Positions 31,838 to 41,732 of a stretch of 56,714 bases of DNA are shown here, in pieces. A program made the translations under genes and the position numbers. Each line of letters opens with the position of its first letter. Within the stretch, counting starts at the first letter, position 1. Source of the stretch: an uncultured Candidatus Saccharibacteria bacterium. GTDB lineage: Bacteria; Patescibacteriota; Minisyncoccia; Minisyncoccales; GWA2-38-27. Location of the stretch: NCBI GenBank assembly GCA_964391095.1, contig CAYMJA010000004.1, forward strand, positions 1 through 56,714, written 5' to 3'. The notes beneath the pieces were generated by a model, which worked only from the letters and a program-made list of their open reading frames with translations, ran no database searches and was not told the DNA's origin.

Positions 31838-32103
31838 GTCCTCTATCTCCTATATTATACCCATTTAGAAGCGAAAGAATGGGTCAAGTTCAAGAAACGA
31901 CGACGAAGGAGTGCTAAGTAACACTTCAAGGAGGAGCGACGAAGAAATTGGCCTATTATTTCGTTTCCCTTTGGGCGGGTGAATTTTGGCCAGCTTCTGC
32001 GTTACTCGTCGCTCGTGTGTAGATAACACACTTCACTCCTCCTGCCTTGAATCTGACCAAAATTCGCTCCGCTAAATGGATATAATATGGGGGGATAGAG
32101 GAC
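31838..32103. mobile_element. 266-nt imperfect palindrome with about 31-nt terminal inverted repeats (MITE-like or large RNA hairpin)
   Basis: GTCCTCTATCTCCTATATTATACCCATTTAG (31838-31868) compared with the reverse complement of 32072-32103, GTCCTCTATCCCCCCATATTATATCCATTTAG. Inner arms also pair. GC-rich. Confidence 0.4.
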
Positions 32104-32762
32104 TAGAATTCCTTCCTATTTATTAATATTAAAAATCTAATCCTAATAAGTTGGCTAATCATCTTGATTCTATTTAAAAAACCTCTGAGCAAACCCCACT
32201 TTCTTTCTTTTATTATCACATTAAGACCTTTGAGCTCAACATAAGAAACTGGTAACTTTTTCTTTTGACAATAATAATCTAAAGCCGTCTCAACGGCAAA
32301 TCCCTGAATAAACCTTTCAGGTATATTCTCAAAAACAAAACGTCTCATTGCCCTTTCTCCCCCAAGAGCCAAAAGGGGGTCAATATTAACAAAAAATTTG
32401 GGCAAACCTCCCCAACGTTCTCTTAGTCCTACCGACATTGCCGCTTTATTCTTTAAAACTGGCTGGATTAACAAAGAAATATGTTCTGTTTTTAGCCCAA
32501 TCAAATCGGCGTCAAAGAAAACTATTATTTCAGCTTCAGTGCTTCTCACCCCCTCTTTCATAGCATTACCCTTGCCTCTATTTTCTGACAATTTTATCAC
32601 TCTGGCTCCCATCTCTGCTGCTATCTCAGCCGTTCTATCTTCTGAACCATCATCTACCACAATCACTTCGTTAAGGTCTTTTGAACTTAAAAGCACCTTT
32701 AAAACTCTACCAATATTTTTTTCTTCATTTAAAGCACAAACAACAGCTGCGATTTTACCCAT
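32103..32762 (-). CDS. family 2 glycosyltransferase
   Basis: VVDDGSEDRT and FFDADL motifs. Confidence 0.8.
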   Translation of the reverse strand: MGKIAAVVCALNEEKNIGRVLKVLLSSKDLNEVIVVDDGSEDRTAEIAAEMGARVIKLSENRGKGNAMKEGVRSTEAEIIVFFDADLIGLKTEHISLLIQPVLKNKAAMSVGLRERWGGLPKFFVNIDPLLALGGERAMRRFVFENIPERFIQGFAVETALDYYCQKKKLPVSYVELKGLNVIIKERKWGLLRGFLNRIKMISQLIRIRFLILINRKEF

Positions 32763-34086
32763 TTAATTTTTCTCTTAAAACTTTAATTAAATCTTTAATT
32801 TTTAGTCTCTCTTGTTTCATTGTATCACGGTCGCGAAGAGTAACATCTTCTTGTTTCAAACTTTCAAAATCAACTGTAATTGCCCAGGGAACTCCAATTT
32901 CATCCACCCTGCGATATCTTCTACCGATTGAGCCGACTTCATCATATTGGCAGACAAAATAAGGTTTTAATAGTTGATAAACCTCTTTTGCTTTTTTTAC
33001 CAGTTTTGGTTTGTTCTTCACTAAAGGCAAAACCGCTACTTTAATTGGAGCTATTTTTTTATCCAGTTTAAGTAAAACTTCCGTTTCTTTAGTTGCTTTT
33101 GTTGTCTTAGTTCTTCCTTCTCTTATCTCCTGATAGGCATCACATAAAAAAGCCAAAAAACTTCTATCTACACCAACTGAAGTTTCAATAATATAAGGAA
33201 AATATCTCTCTCTGGTTTCTTCATTATAATATCTTAAATCTTTGCCTGAGGCTTTGGAATGGTTAGATAAATCAAAATCTCCTCGGTTATGAATTCCTTC
33301 AATCTCTTCCCAACCAAAAGGAAATTTATATTCAATATCTATTTGCTGCTTGGCATAATGAGCTCTTTTTTCTGCTGGAACTTCTATTGCCCTTAAATTC
33401 TCTTTTTTAATCCCAAGATTCTTGTACCATTTTATTCTTTCTTCTTTCCAAAAATTAAAATATTTTTTGGCTTGTTTTGGCTCACAAAACCACTGCATCT
33501 CCATTTGCTCAAATTCTCTGGTTCTGAAAATGAAATTTCTAGGAGTAATTTCGTTTCTAAAGGCCTTTCCAATCTGAGCAATCCCAAAAGGAATTTTCAT
33601 TCTCATAGAATCTAAAACATTCTCAAAATTGACATAAATACCTTGGCAGGTTTCTGCTCTCAAATAAGTTGTGGCCGCTTCATCTTCAACTGGTCCCACA
33701 AAAGTTTTCATCATTAAATTAAACTTACGGGCTTTTATCAGTTCTCCCCCACAATCCGGACACTTATGAAGTCTTGCGATTTCGTCTTGACGAAATCGCT
33801 TATGGCATTTCTTACACTCTACTAATTCGTCAGCAAATCCAGCAGTTAAGTGCCCAGAGGCCTGCCAAACTTTAGGGCTCATTAAAATTGCTGCATCCAA
33901 ACCAACAATATTTTCTTGCATTTGAACCATTTCTTTCCACCAAGCCCTCTTGACATTATTTTTCATCTCTCCCCCCAAGGGACCAAAATCATAACAAGAC
34001 TTAAATCCGCCATAAATCTCTGAAGACTGAAAGACAAAACCCCGACGTTTACACAAAGAAATAATTTTTTGCATTAAATCCTCCAT
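32755..34086 (-). CDS. glyQS: glycine--tRNA ligase (alpha2 type)
   Basis: Class II motifs, a Cys cluster CKKC...CPDC and a C-terminal anticodon-binding domain. Confidence 0.95.
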   Translation of the reverse strand: MEDLMQKIISLCKRRGFVFQSSEIYGGFKSCYDFGPLGGEMKNNVKRAWWKEMVQMQENIVGLDAAILMSPKVWQASGHLTAGFADELVECKKCHKRFRQDEIARLHKCPDCGGELIKARKFNLMMKTFVGPVEDEAATTYLRAETCQGIYVNFENVLDSMRMKIPFGIAQIGKAFRNEITPRNFIFRTREFEQMEMQWFCEPKQAKKYFNFWKEERIKWYKNLGIKKENLRAIEVPAEKRAHYAKQQIDIEYKFPFGWEEIEGIHNRGDFDLSNHSKASGKDLRYYNEETRERYFPYIIETSVGVDRSFLAFLCDAYQEIREGRTKTTKATKETEVLLKLDKKIAPIKVAVLPLVKNKPKLVKKAKEVYQLLKPYFVCQYDEVGSIGRRYRRVDEIGVPWAITVDFESLKQEDVTLRDRDTMKQERLKIKDLIKVLREKLNG

Positions 34087-35801
34087 TATTCTATAACTCG
34101 ACCCATTTCTTCGCTCACGGTTGGGTCATCCGGTAAAGTAGTATCTATGGCAGAAGCAGATGCTTCAACAATTGTTTCTGTCCACTGATCTTCACCGCTA
34201 ATCCTTGCTTCTTTAATAATCGGCAAAACCTGACCCCTCTGTCCAGAAAAAGGAGTTAAAGCAACCTGAAAAGCGATATTTGGGGCTGGATTCAAAATCC
34301 CTGTTCCCGCCGTCATAACCTCACTATCTCTCACTGTCCAAACAATTTCCCTGCTCTGGCTGTCGTAGGTGAATTTTGTGTTTTCCTCTTCAGGAAAAAT
34401 TTTACCAGTTAATCTTACACTAGAAGGCAAAATTGCTTTTACTTTCACATTTTTAAGATCATTATAATAATTCTTTGCCTGCCAAATTATGGTATAAGTA
34501 GTAGATTCCCCAACTTTTGGGGGCAGGGGTCCTGAATTTCCAAAAACCTCCTCTTGATAGTAACCCTTCTGGGAAATGACTACCTTTGAATTTATTTTTG
34601 TTTCAAATTCTTCTCTTATTTGAGAAATCAAAACCGTATTTCTTAAAAGGACATTTTTTTCTTGAGGACTGCTAATTTCCCATTTTTCTTTTAGGTTTAT
34701 CCAAAATTCAACTTTATCTTCCTCTCCCTGCCCCAAAAAGCGCAGTTTATTATTATCTCTCCAATCCCAGAGTATAGAATTATCTCCCTTATTAAACTGG
34801 CCAGAATTAAGTTTTAGACTATCAAAATCAAAACCTTTACCCTCTAATCTCGCCACTAAAAATAAATCACTAAAAGGTTCCTCTCCAATATTCCTAAAGT
34901 AAATTTCGTAATGAAGTAAATCTCCGGAATTGGCAAGATATTGATTTTGATTGTTTATCCGTTGGAAAACAAAAAGACGAGGTTTTGTGATTTCTACACC
35001 TCTTGTTACTTCTTTTATCGGAATAAATTCATTTTCTAACCAAATACCAAGAACAGCTCGGAAAATTTTTTGTTCTTTAAGCTCTCCTAACAATTTTCCT
35101 TTAATTCCAATTCTTCCTCCGGCAGCTTTGTTTAAAAGAGGAATCTCCCATTCCGTTTTCTCCAATGTTTCGGGTTCGCTGTCCAAAAATTCAAAACCTG
35201 AGGGATATTCAATTTTTATTCCAAGATTACTGAGAGGATAATCTAAGCTGGAAAAATAATTCAAAGAAAATTTGAAATCCCTGCCGGTTTCTACTCTTGA
35301 GGGAAGGTCAAACTCAAGAGTTAAAGGAACTGATTTGATTACAGTAGTAAAAGTAGTGGTTGACTCATAGCGGGCTTTTAAATTCTTTGGTTGATAACTC
35401 AACCAGGCCTTAGCCATCTTTACTTCATTTTCTTTTCCAAAAAGCCTTCCTTTAAACTGAAAGGTTTTTTCTTCACCAGGATAAATATCTCCCAATTCTT
35501 CCGGTCCTATTTCTTGTCTTCGGGAAAGATTTTCTTCTCTACCAGCTTCATCATCCGAAGAAGCAGCTAATAAAGTATATTCCGGAAATTCAAAAATAAG
35601 CTGGGGTTCTTCTAATCTAACATTGCCATTATTTTTATATTTTACAGTGTATTCAACTTCCTGAAGAACTGCTGTTTCTTCAGGACCTAAAATTTCCAAT
35701 TTCAGAATTTCCTTTGAGTAAGGATTTCTTTGCCAATACCAAAAACCAGCTGCCCCAAGAACTAAAAATAAAATTATGATAAAAAGAATAAACTTCTTCA
35801 T
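34086..35801 (-). CDS. hypothetical membrane-anchored or secreted protein
   Basis: N-terminal TM helix followed by about 540 aa of beta-rich sequence. No family recognised. Confidence 0.6.
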   Translation of the reverse strand: MKKFILFIIILFLVLGAAGFWYWQRNPYSKEILKLEILGPEETAVLQEVEYTVKYKNNGNVRLEEPQLIFEFPEYTLLAASSDDEAGREENLSRRQEIGPEELGDIYPGEEKTFQFKGRLFGKENEVKMAKAWLSYQPKNLKARYESTTTFTTVIKSVPLTLEFDLPSRVETGRDFKFSLNYFSSLDYPLSNLGIKIEYPSGFEFLDSEPETLEKTEWEIPLLNKAAGGRIGIKGKLLGELKEQKIFRAVLGIWLENEFIPIKEVTRGVEITKPRLFVFQRINNQNQYLANSGDLLHYEIYFRNIGEEPFSDLFLVARLEGKGFDFDSLKLNSGQFNKGDNSILWDWRDNNKLRFLGQGEEDKVEFWINLKEKWEISSPQEKNVLLRNTVLISQIREEFETKINSKVVISQKGYYQEEVFGNSGPLPPKVGESTTYTIIWQAKNYYNDLKNVKVKAILPSSVRLTGKIFPEEENTKFTYDSQSREIVWTVRDSEVMTAGTGILNPAPNIAFQVALTPFSGQRGQVLPIIKEARISGEDQWTETIVEASASAIDTTLPDDPTVSEEMGRVIE

Positions 35802-35832
35802 TTATTAAAATTCTACTATATTCTATTATATT

Positions 35833-36585
35833 CTATCCATGAACAAAAGAAAAGTAATTTTCAGAAACTGATTTTAATGATTCTTTATAGGGTTCTGCTA
35901 TTCTCAATTTTGACAAGGTCTGCCAATCTTTTTTTAAAAAAAGGCGTAAAATTTTAATAACTTCAGGAGAAATTTCCTTGTCCGCCGAAACTCGCCCCGA
36001 GCAGGTGAGAATAGGTTCATTTCTCGTTTTTTTAGCACACTCCGAACAAACTATTCCCCTTTCTGGATTAAAGTGAAGTTTCTGGGGAACCAGTTTCTTT
36101 TGACAAAAGGCACAATTATAAAGGTCAATTTGATATCCTAAAATTGATAGCAGGTTCCAGAGAAAATAGTGATAAATTAACGAACAAGGAACAGCGAGTA
36201 AGGAACAATTATCCAGTTTATTAAAAACTTCATTTATCAAACCCCAAATTTTTTCGTCTTCTTCTTGCCCTTTGATTAAGTCATCTACAACCCCAGCAAT
36301 TTGGTAAGCAACTTTTAATTTTGCTAAATTGTTCCTTAGGTTTCTAAATTTTTCAATTGCGATTGCCTCGGTTAGGGTTTTATAGGCCCTCCCTTGAATA
36401 AAATCAATCTCTGAAAGATAAAAAAGGTCAGCCCCTGGTCTTAGTTTTGACTTAATTTTCCTAATCGCTTTTCCTAAAATATTAAATTTCCCGAAGTTTT
36501 TAGTATAAATAGTGAAAATCTGATCAGCTTCTCGCAAATCAGTTTTTTTTAATATAAAACCTTGCGTCTGATAATGAATTGCCAT
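35833..36585 (-). CDS. recO: DNA repair protein RecO
   Basis: N-terminal OB-fold region and Zn finger CAFCQKK...CSEC. Confidence 0.85.
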   Translation of the reverse strand: MAIHYQTQGFILKKTDLREADQIFTIYTKNFGKFNILGKAIRKIKSKLRPGADLFYLSEIDFIQGRAYKTLTEAIAIEKFRNLRNNLAKLKVAYQIAGVVDDLIKGQEEDEKIWGLINEVFNKLDNCSLLAVPCSLIYHYFLWNLLSILGYQIDLYNCAFCQKKLVPQKLHFNPERGIVCSECAKKTRNEPILTCSGRVSADKEISPEVIKILRLFLKKDWQTLSKLRIAEPYKESLKSVSENYFSFVHG

Positions 36586-36655
36586 ATTTTTTCTTTCTTC
36601 TTAAAAAGGTTTATTTATTCTCAATTATAACAAAGATTAGATTGAAAAAAAGTAT

Positions 36656-36694
36656 TAATAAAAAAGCCCATAAGGTTTTTTCCTTAAATGGGCT
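36656..36694 (-). terminator. intrinsic terminator
   Basis: AGCCCATAAGG/CCTTAAATGGGCT stem followed on the minus strand by TTTTTTATT. Confidence 0.6.
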
Positions 36695-36844
36695 ATTGGA
36701 AAAATTTTAAAATTACTTTTTCCTTAATAGTTCAACAAAAAATTTCACTACGCCAATTAAACTCAACGCCATAGCCATTAAGAATATATAGCCCCCGGCG
36801 CTAAACGTTCCTCCTATCTCTCTCATCATCCAACCCCCCCTTCT

Positions 36845-37132
36845 TTATATTTCTCCAATTTCCTTCAAATATTTTATTGTTCTTTTTATCTCTCTCATCT
36901 TTGAGGGAGTGTGTGTTCTGCTCTTCTCTTTTTCTAAATGTCTTATCTTTGTTTGGAATTCTTGTCTAGTTATATTGTCTCCATATTCTCTGCCAAAAAC
37001 CTCTTTTATCTTCATTCTCTTTGAGGGAGTCATTCTAATCTTGGTCCCGGGAAGATAACGCGGAGCTTTTTTCTTAAGATATCTTGTAAGCGCCGGCCGA
37101 GAGACGTTTCTTCTTTTATCGTAAATCCCCAT
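36845..37132 (-). CDS. hypothetical basic protein with internal duplication
   Basis: 95 aa, Lys/Arg-rich. Repeated TPSK(R)M.IK motif, with TCTTTGAGGGAGT occurring twice in the DNA. Confidence 0.45.
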   Translation of the reverse strand: MGIYDKRRNVSRPALTRYLKKKAPRYLPGTKIRMTPSKRMKIKEVFGREYGDNITRQEFQTKIRHLEKEKSRTHTPSKMREIKRTIKYLKEIGEI

Positions 37133-37177
37133 AATTTTTGTTAGACATTAATGAATAAGTAAATAAAACGACCTTTG

Positions 37178-38191
37178 TTAAAACAAGCCGAAAAATTGTA
37201 TCACGAATAAAGCGTAAATTAAAAGATACATTAGGCCTTCCCAAGCGTGAATTCTTCGAGAAATCCCAGAAATTATAAAAAGCAAAGTAGCAACAACTAA
37301 ATAGGGAAGGCCAATTGAAAAAGTAGTTTCATTAATCTCTAAGGGTTTAATAAGAGCTGGCAAGCCAATAACTAGAAATATAGTAAAAACATTTGAACCA
37401 AAAACATTTCCCAAGGCAAGTTCGTATTTTTTCTTAAGAGCGGCTTTAATAGAAACAACTAATTCTGGCAAAGAAGTACCAACGGCTACAGCGGTAATAG
37501 CAATCAAAGAAGCATTTATTCCTAAAATAACTGCTAATTTTGATACTGATTCAACTGTATAGTTTGAACCGACAACTAAGCCCACTATGCCCAAGATTAA
37601 GAAAAAGAAAGTTTTAAAACCCAATTTAACTGATTTCTTTTTCATCTGACTAATCTCTTTTTGCAATTTAAGCATTCTCCTTTCAGGACGCAAAGGTAAA
37701 ACTTCGGTTGCCTCTGGAGTATCTTGTTCGTCTTCTACGCCCCTTTTCTGAAACATCGTATACAATAAATAGACCATAAATCCTAATATAAGTATAACTC
37801 CTTCTCCAAAATCTATCTTTCTGTCTAAAGACATAAAAAGAACTAAAACCGTACTAACGGCAAGCAAGGGCGCGTCTAAATCAATCAAACTTCTTTTAAC
37901 TATAAGCTTGCGGCCTATAACAGCGGCTATACCAACAATTAAAAGAATTGTGGCAATATTAGAACCAAAGGCAATATCGACTACAAATTCCGTGTTCCCT
38001 TTTATGGTAGCAATTAAACTTGTTGCTACTTCAGGAAAAGACGTTCCAATAGCAACAATTGTTACTCCGATTATAAAAGGAGATAGTTTAAAAAACATAC
38101 CGATTTTTTCTGAACTCTCAACAAGCCAATCAGCTGATTTTACTAATAATGCCAAACTCGCAACAAAAATAATAATCCAAAGAATAAGCAT
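37178..38191 (-). CDS. Ca2+/Na+ antiporter (CaCA/YrbG family)
   Basis: Two alpha-repeats, GTSFPEVATS and GTSLPELVVS. Confidence 0.85.
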   Translation of the reverse strand: MLILWIIIFVASLALLVKSADWLVESSEKIGMFFKLSPFIIGVTIVAIGTSFPEVATSLIATIKGNTEFVVDIAFGSNIATILLIVGIAAVIGRKLIVKRSLIDLDAPLLAVSTVLVLFMSLDRKIDFGEGVILILGFMVYLLYTMFQKRGVEDEQDTPEATEVLPLRPERRMLKLQKEISQMKKKSVKLGFKTFFFLILGIVGLVVGSNYTVESVSKLAVILGINASLIAITAVAVGTSLPELVVSIKAALKKKYELALGNVFGSNVFTIFLVIGLPALIKPLEINETTFSIGLPYLVVATLLFIISGISRRIHAWEGLMYLLIYALFVIQFFGLF

Positions 38192-38207
38192 ATTAATTTA
38201 TTTTACC

Positions 38208-41132
38208 TTACATTTTTTTGATAGCAAGTTCTAATGTTTCTTTATTCACTCTTATTTCTTTTTTTATATCAAAGCTCTCTTTTCTACCGACTTTGAAATT
38301 TTTAGCCAAGGTTTCTTTCAAAATAAAATCTCTTTTTTTACTTAAAATCCTATTGAGGTTACCTGAACCCTGGGCTTGGATTAAAATCTTATCTTCGGGC
38401 TTCAGGCCGGCTTTCTTTCTCATATCCTGAATATGGCGAATAATCTCCCGAGCAATCCCCTCCTCTTTTAAATCTTTTGTGATTTTAATATCTAATTCTA
38501 TTTCTTTTTTAATTTTACTATCAAAAACTATTCCTTTTACATTTACCTCTTCTTTTATCAATTTTAATAATTCTTTTTCTCTAACTTTTAATTTTTGACC
38601 CCGCACCAATCCTCGCTTTGCTCGGATGATGCGGGGCATGCTTTTAATTTTTAACTTTTTTAAGGGCTGCCTCACTCTTATTTCTGCTTCTGCCCTCAGA
38701 CCCAAGGCCAGACTAACAATTTCCCGAACCTGCTCCATCTTTTCTTCTAAATTCTTATCAATTTTTTCTTTGCCAGTTTTTGGCCAATCAAATAAATGAA
38801 TTGATTCTGGCATATTATCTATCCTCAGACCTCTATACATTTCCTCGGCAAAAAAGGGTATTATCGGAGAAATAAGTTTCGTTAAATTTAAAAGGACATA
38901 ATAAATAATTTCAATCGCTTCTTTCCTTTCTGGATGTCCGGAATGGAATCTCTTTCTAGACCTTCTGATATACCAAAGAGATAAGTCGTCAATAAAAAAT
39001 TTCTCTATTGCTAAAGTAGCTAAGGAAGCATTATATCTATTCAGATTTCTGGTAACCTTCTCGATTAAATTATTTAATCTTGAAACAATCCACTTATCCA
39101 AAAGATTTTTAGGATTTGGAAATTGTTCACTCGCTGTTCGATGAAAATCTGGATACTCTTTTTTTGACACATATGTTCTAAAAAAAGCAAAACTGTTGTA
39201 TAGGGTCAGTAATTTTCTTTTGATTTCTTCGGCAGAAGTATAGCCGAATTTTAAATTATAAACAGGATTTTGTCTGGCATACATCCAGCGCATCGGGCCA
39301 GCGCCAATTCTTTCAACCGCCTCATCAAACCAAATAACATTTCCTTTGGACTTGTGCATTTCTTCCCCTTTCTCGTCGCGGACAGAAGCATAACCAAAGA
39401 TTGTCTTTACGGGATTGGTTTTTTCTAAAACTGTACTCATTACAATTAAAGCATAGAACCAATTTTTAAACTGACCAGGGAAAGATTCGCAAATAAAATC
39501 GGCCGGAAACCATTTCTGCCAGAAATTCCTCTCAGTATATCCCATTGTTGAAAAAGGAACTATTCCTGCATCTAACCAGGGGTTTCCTACATCAGGAATT
39601 CGAGAAACTAATTTCCCGCATTTTGAACACTTAATTTTAATTTCATCCACCCAGGGGCGATGAGGAGAATGACCTTCAAATTTATCCCAACCCTCAACCG
39701 CTCTTTCTTCTAACTCTTCTTTTGAGCCAATAACCTCAAAACTTCCGCATTTCTTGCATTCATAAATTGGCAAGGTTAGACCCCAATAACGTTTTTTGGA
39801 AATCAGCCAATCTTGCATATTTTTCAGCCAATCCAGCTCTCTCTCTAAACCAAATAAGGGAATCCAATTTATTTTTTTAGCTACTTCCCTTAAGGGCTTT
39901 CTTAACTTTTCCATTGAAACATACCATTCGTCAACCAAACGGAAAATTAATTCGGTCTTACACCGCCAGCAAAATGGATAACGATGTTTATAATCCTCTA
40001 TCTTAAAAACTAAACCCTTTTTGGTCAGATTATCAAAAATTAAGTCATTCACCCCGCTTACCAATTTTCCGGTCAAGTTTCCAAATCCTTTCTTATATTT
40101 ACTTTCACCTGTCGTTGGATCGATAACTGGTAGATTAAGTTCTTTACTTAACTGAAAATCTTCTTGTCCACAACCAGGAGCAAGATGAACAATTCCGGTT
40201 CCCTCCTCTTCAGAAACGCCTTTCCATAAAACAACCCGGTGTTTCTCCTTTTTAATACTCTCTTTAACTGCCGAGAGTTCATCAAACATTCCTTTATATT
40301 GTAAATTTTCCAATTTCTTCCCGGGAAATTCTTTGATTATTTTCCCATCTGAAATTAATTTTGCTCTGCTTTTAAGAAAAATAAAAATGTTTCCTTTTTT
40401 ATCCCGAACTTCAGCATAGGATAATTTAGGATGAACAGCTAAAGCTATATTGGCTGGTAGGGTCCAGGGAGTGGTTGTCCAGACAAGAAAAAAAGTATTT
40501 TTTCTGCCAATAATCGGCAATTTCACAAAAATTGATTTATGGGTAATTTCTTTATATTCTTCTGTTAAAATTTCATGTTGGGATATAGCCGTGCCGCAAC
40601 GAGGACACCAAGGAACAACGTCTCTGCCTTTATAGAGCAGCCCTTTCTGCCAACAATTTTTAAGAAAACTCCAAATAGCGTAATTATTCTTATCAGACAT
40701 TGTATAATAAGAATTTTCCCAGTCCATCCATTGGCCCAAGCGGATTGACTGCTCGGTTTGAATTTTTGAATACTTCAGAACTCTTTCTTTGCAAGCTCTG
40801 ACAAATTTTTCAATGCCGAATTTCTCAATATCTTTTTTTGTTTTAAAACCCATTTCTTTCTCAACTTCAACCTCAACCCAAAGGCCCTGACAATCAAAAC
40901 CGTTTTGATATCTCTGGTCATATCCCTGAAGGGCTTTATACCTTTGAAACAAATCTTTATAAGTTCTTCCCCAGGCATGATGGACGCCCATAGGATTGTT
41001 GGCAGTTATCGGACCGTCTAAAAAAGACCAATGTTTATTGCCCCGATTTTTCTTACGAAGTTTTTCAAAAATTTTATGCTCTTTCCAGAATTTTAATATC
41101 CCTTCTTCAATTTTTGGGAAATCAAGGTTCAT
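38208..41132 (-). CDS. ileS: isoleucine--tRNA ligase (type 2)
   Basis: HHAWGR (HIGH variant), KMHKSKGN and a CP1 editing domain. Carries an in-frame GC-rich palindrome at 38599-38635. Confidence 0.95.
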   Translation of the reverse strand: MNLDFPKIEEGILKFWKEHKIFEKLRKKNRGNKHWSFLDGPITANNPMGVHHAWGRTYKDLFQRYKALQGYDQRYQNGFDCQGLWVEVEVEKEMGFKTKKDIEKFGIEKFVRACKERVLKYSKIQTEQSIRLGQWMDWENSYYTMSDKNNYAIWSFLKNCWQKGLLYKGRDVVPWCPRCGTAISQHEILTEEYKEITHKSIFVKLPIIGRKNTFFLVWTTTPWTLPANIALAVHPKLSYAEVRDKKGNIFIFLKSRAKLISDGKIIKEFPGKKLENLQYKGMFDELSAVKESIKKEKHRVVLWKGVSEEEGTGIVHLAPGCGQEDFQLSKELNLPVIDPTTGESKYKKGFGNLTGKLVSGVNDLIFDNLTKKGLVFKIEDYKHRYPFCWRCKTELIFRLVDEWYVSMEKLRKPLREVAKKINWIPLFGLERELDWLKNMQDWLISKKRYWGLTLPIYECKKCGSFEVIGSKEELEERAVEGWDKFEGHSPHRPWVDEIKIKCSKCGKLVSRIPDVGNPWLDAGIVPFSTMGYTERNFWQKWFPADFICESFPGQFKNWFYALIVMSTVLEKTNPVKTIFGYASVRDEKGEEMHKSKGNVIWFDEAVERIGAGPMRWMYARQNPVYNLKFGYTSAEEIKRKLLTLYNSFAFFRTYVSKKEYPDFHRTASEQFPNPKNLLDKWIVSRLNNLIEKVTRNLNRYNASLATLAIEKFFIDDLSLWYIRRSRKRFHSGHPERKEAIEIIYYVLLNLTKLISPIIPFFAEEMYRGLRIDNMPESIHLFDWPKTGKEKIDKNLEEKMEQVREIVSLALGLRAEAEIRVRQPLKKLKIKSMPRIIRAKRGLVRGQKLKVREKELLKLIKEEVNVKGIVFDSKIKKEIELDIKITKDLKEEGIAREIIRHIQDMRKKAGLKPEDKILIQAQGSGNLNRILSKKRDFILKETLAKNFKVGRKESFDIKKEIRVNKETLELAIKKM
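38599..38635 (-). repeat. in-frame GC-rich palindromic insert in ileS
   Basis: CCCCGCACCAATCCTCGCTTTGCTCGGATGATGCGGGG, with termini CCCCGCA/TGCGGGG. Encodes PRIIRAKRGLVRG. Confidence 0.7.
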
Positions 41133-41135
41133 TTT

Positions 41136-41732
41136 TTAAGGTGTTAGAAGTTGACCAACTTCGGGATAAAGGGCTCTGTATTTCTCTCTCAAAAATTCTT
41201 CTTCACCTTTTAAACCCTTTATTATCCCCAGCAAAAGCCATAAAGGGTCGCCGTGACTAACAATCAAGATATTTTTACCTCTATGCTTTTTCTCAATCTC
41301 TTTTAAAAAATCTAAAACTCTTTCTTTTACATCATTCCAGTTTTCACCTCGAGGAGGGCGTTTAAAAAATTTTTCTTTTCTACTGGCAAAAAATGCCCGA
41401 TATTCTTTTTTGGACTTCCCGCTAAAGATTCCAAAGTTTACATCGCGAAGCCGCTTGTCTGAATTAATCTCTAAGCCGAGTTCCTTTGCTACAATCTTAG
41501 CTGTCTGCCGCGTCCGTAAAAAATCTGAAGAATAAATTAAATCAATATCTTTCTCCTTAAGCGTCTTGGTTATATCTTTTATTTGTTTTTCTCCCTTTTT
41601 GGTCAAAGAAGTGAAAGTTATATCAGGCCAAGGGTATAAAAAATCTTTCTTTTTAGTTTGATAAGCTGTTTGTCCGTGCCGCAAAATATAATATTTATTG
41701 TTCATATCCTTTTTACATTTTTGAGGGAGCAC
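41136..41732 (-). CDS. histidine phosphatase (phosphoglycerate-mutase-like) family protein
   Basis: ILRHGQT and VSHGDPL motifs. Confidence 0.85.
   Translation of the reverse strand: MLPQKCKKDMNNKYYILRHGQTAYQTKKKDFLYPWPDITFTSLTKKGEKQIKDITKTLKEKDIDLIYSSDFLRTRQTAKIVAKELGLEINSDKRLRDVNFGIFSGKSKKEYRAFFASRKEKFFKRPPRGENWNDVKERVLDFLKEIEKKHRGKNILIVSHGDPLWLLLGIIKGLKGEEEFLREKYRALYPEVGQLLTP

Noticed and set aside
36732-36830. 32-aa ORF (MMREIGGTFSAGGYIFFNGYGVEFNWRSEIFC) downstream of the 95-aa basic protein gene, preceded by a G-run.
   Set aside because: It is too short and has no recognisable features. My first reading as a small membrane peptide was a frame error on re-translation.
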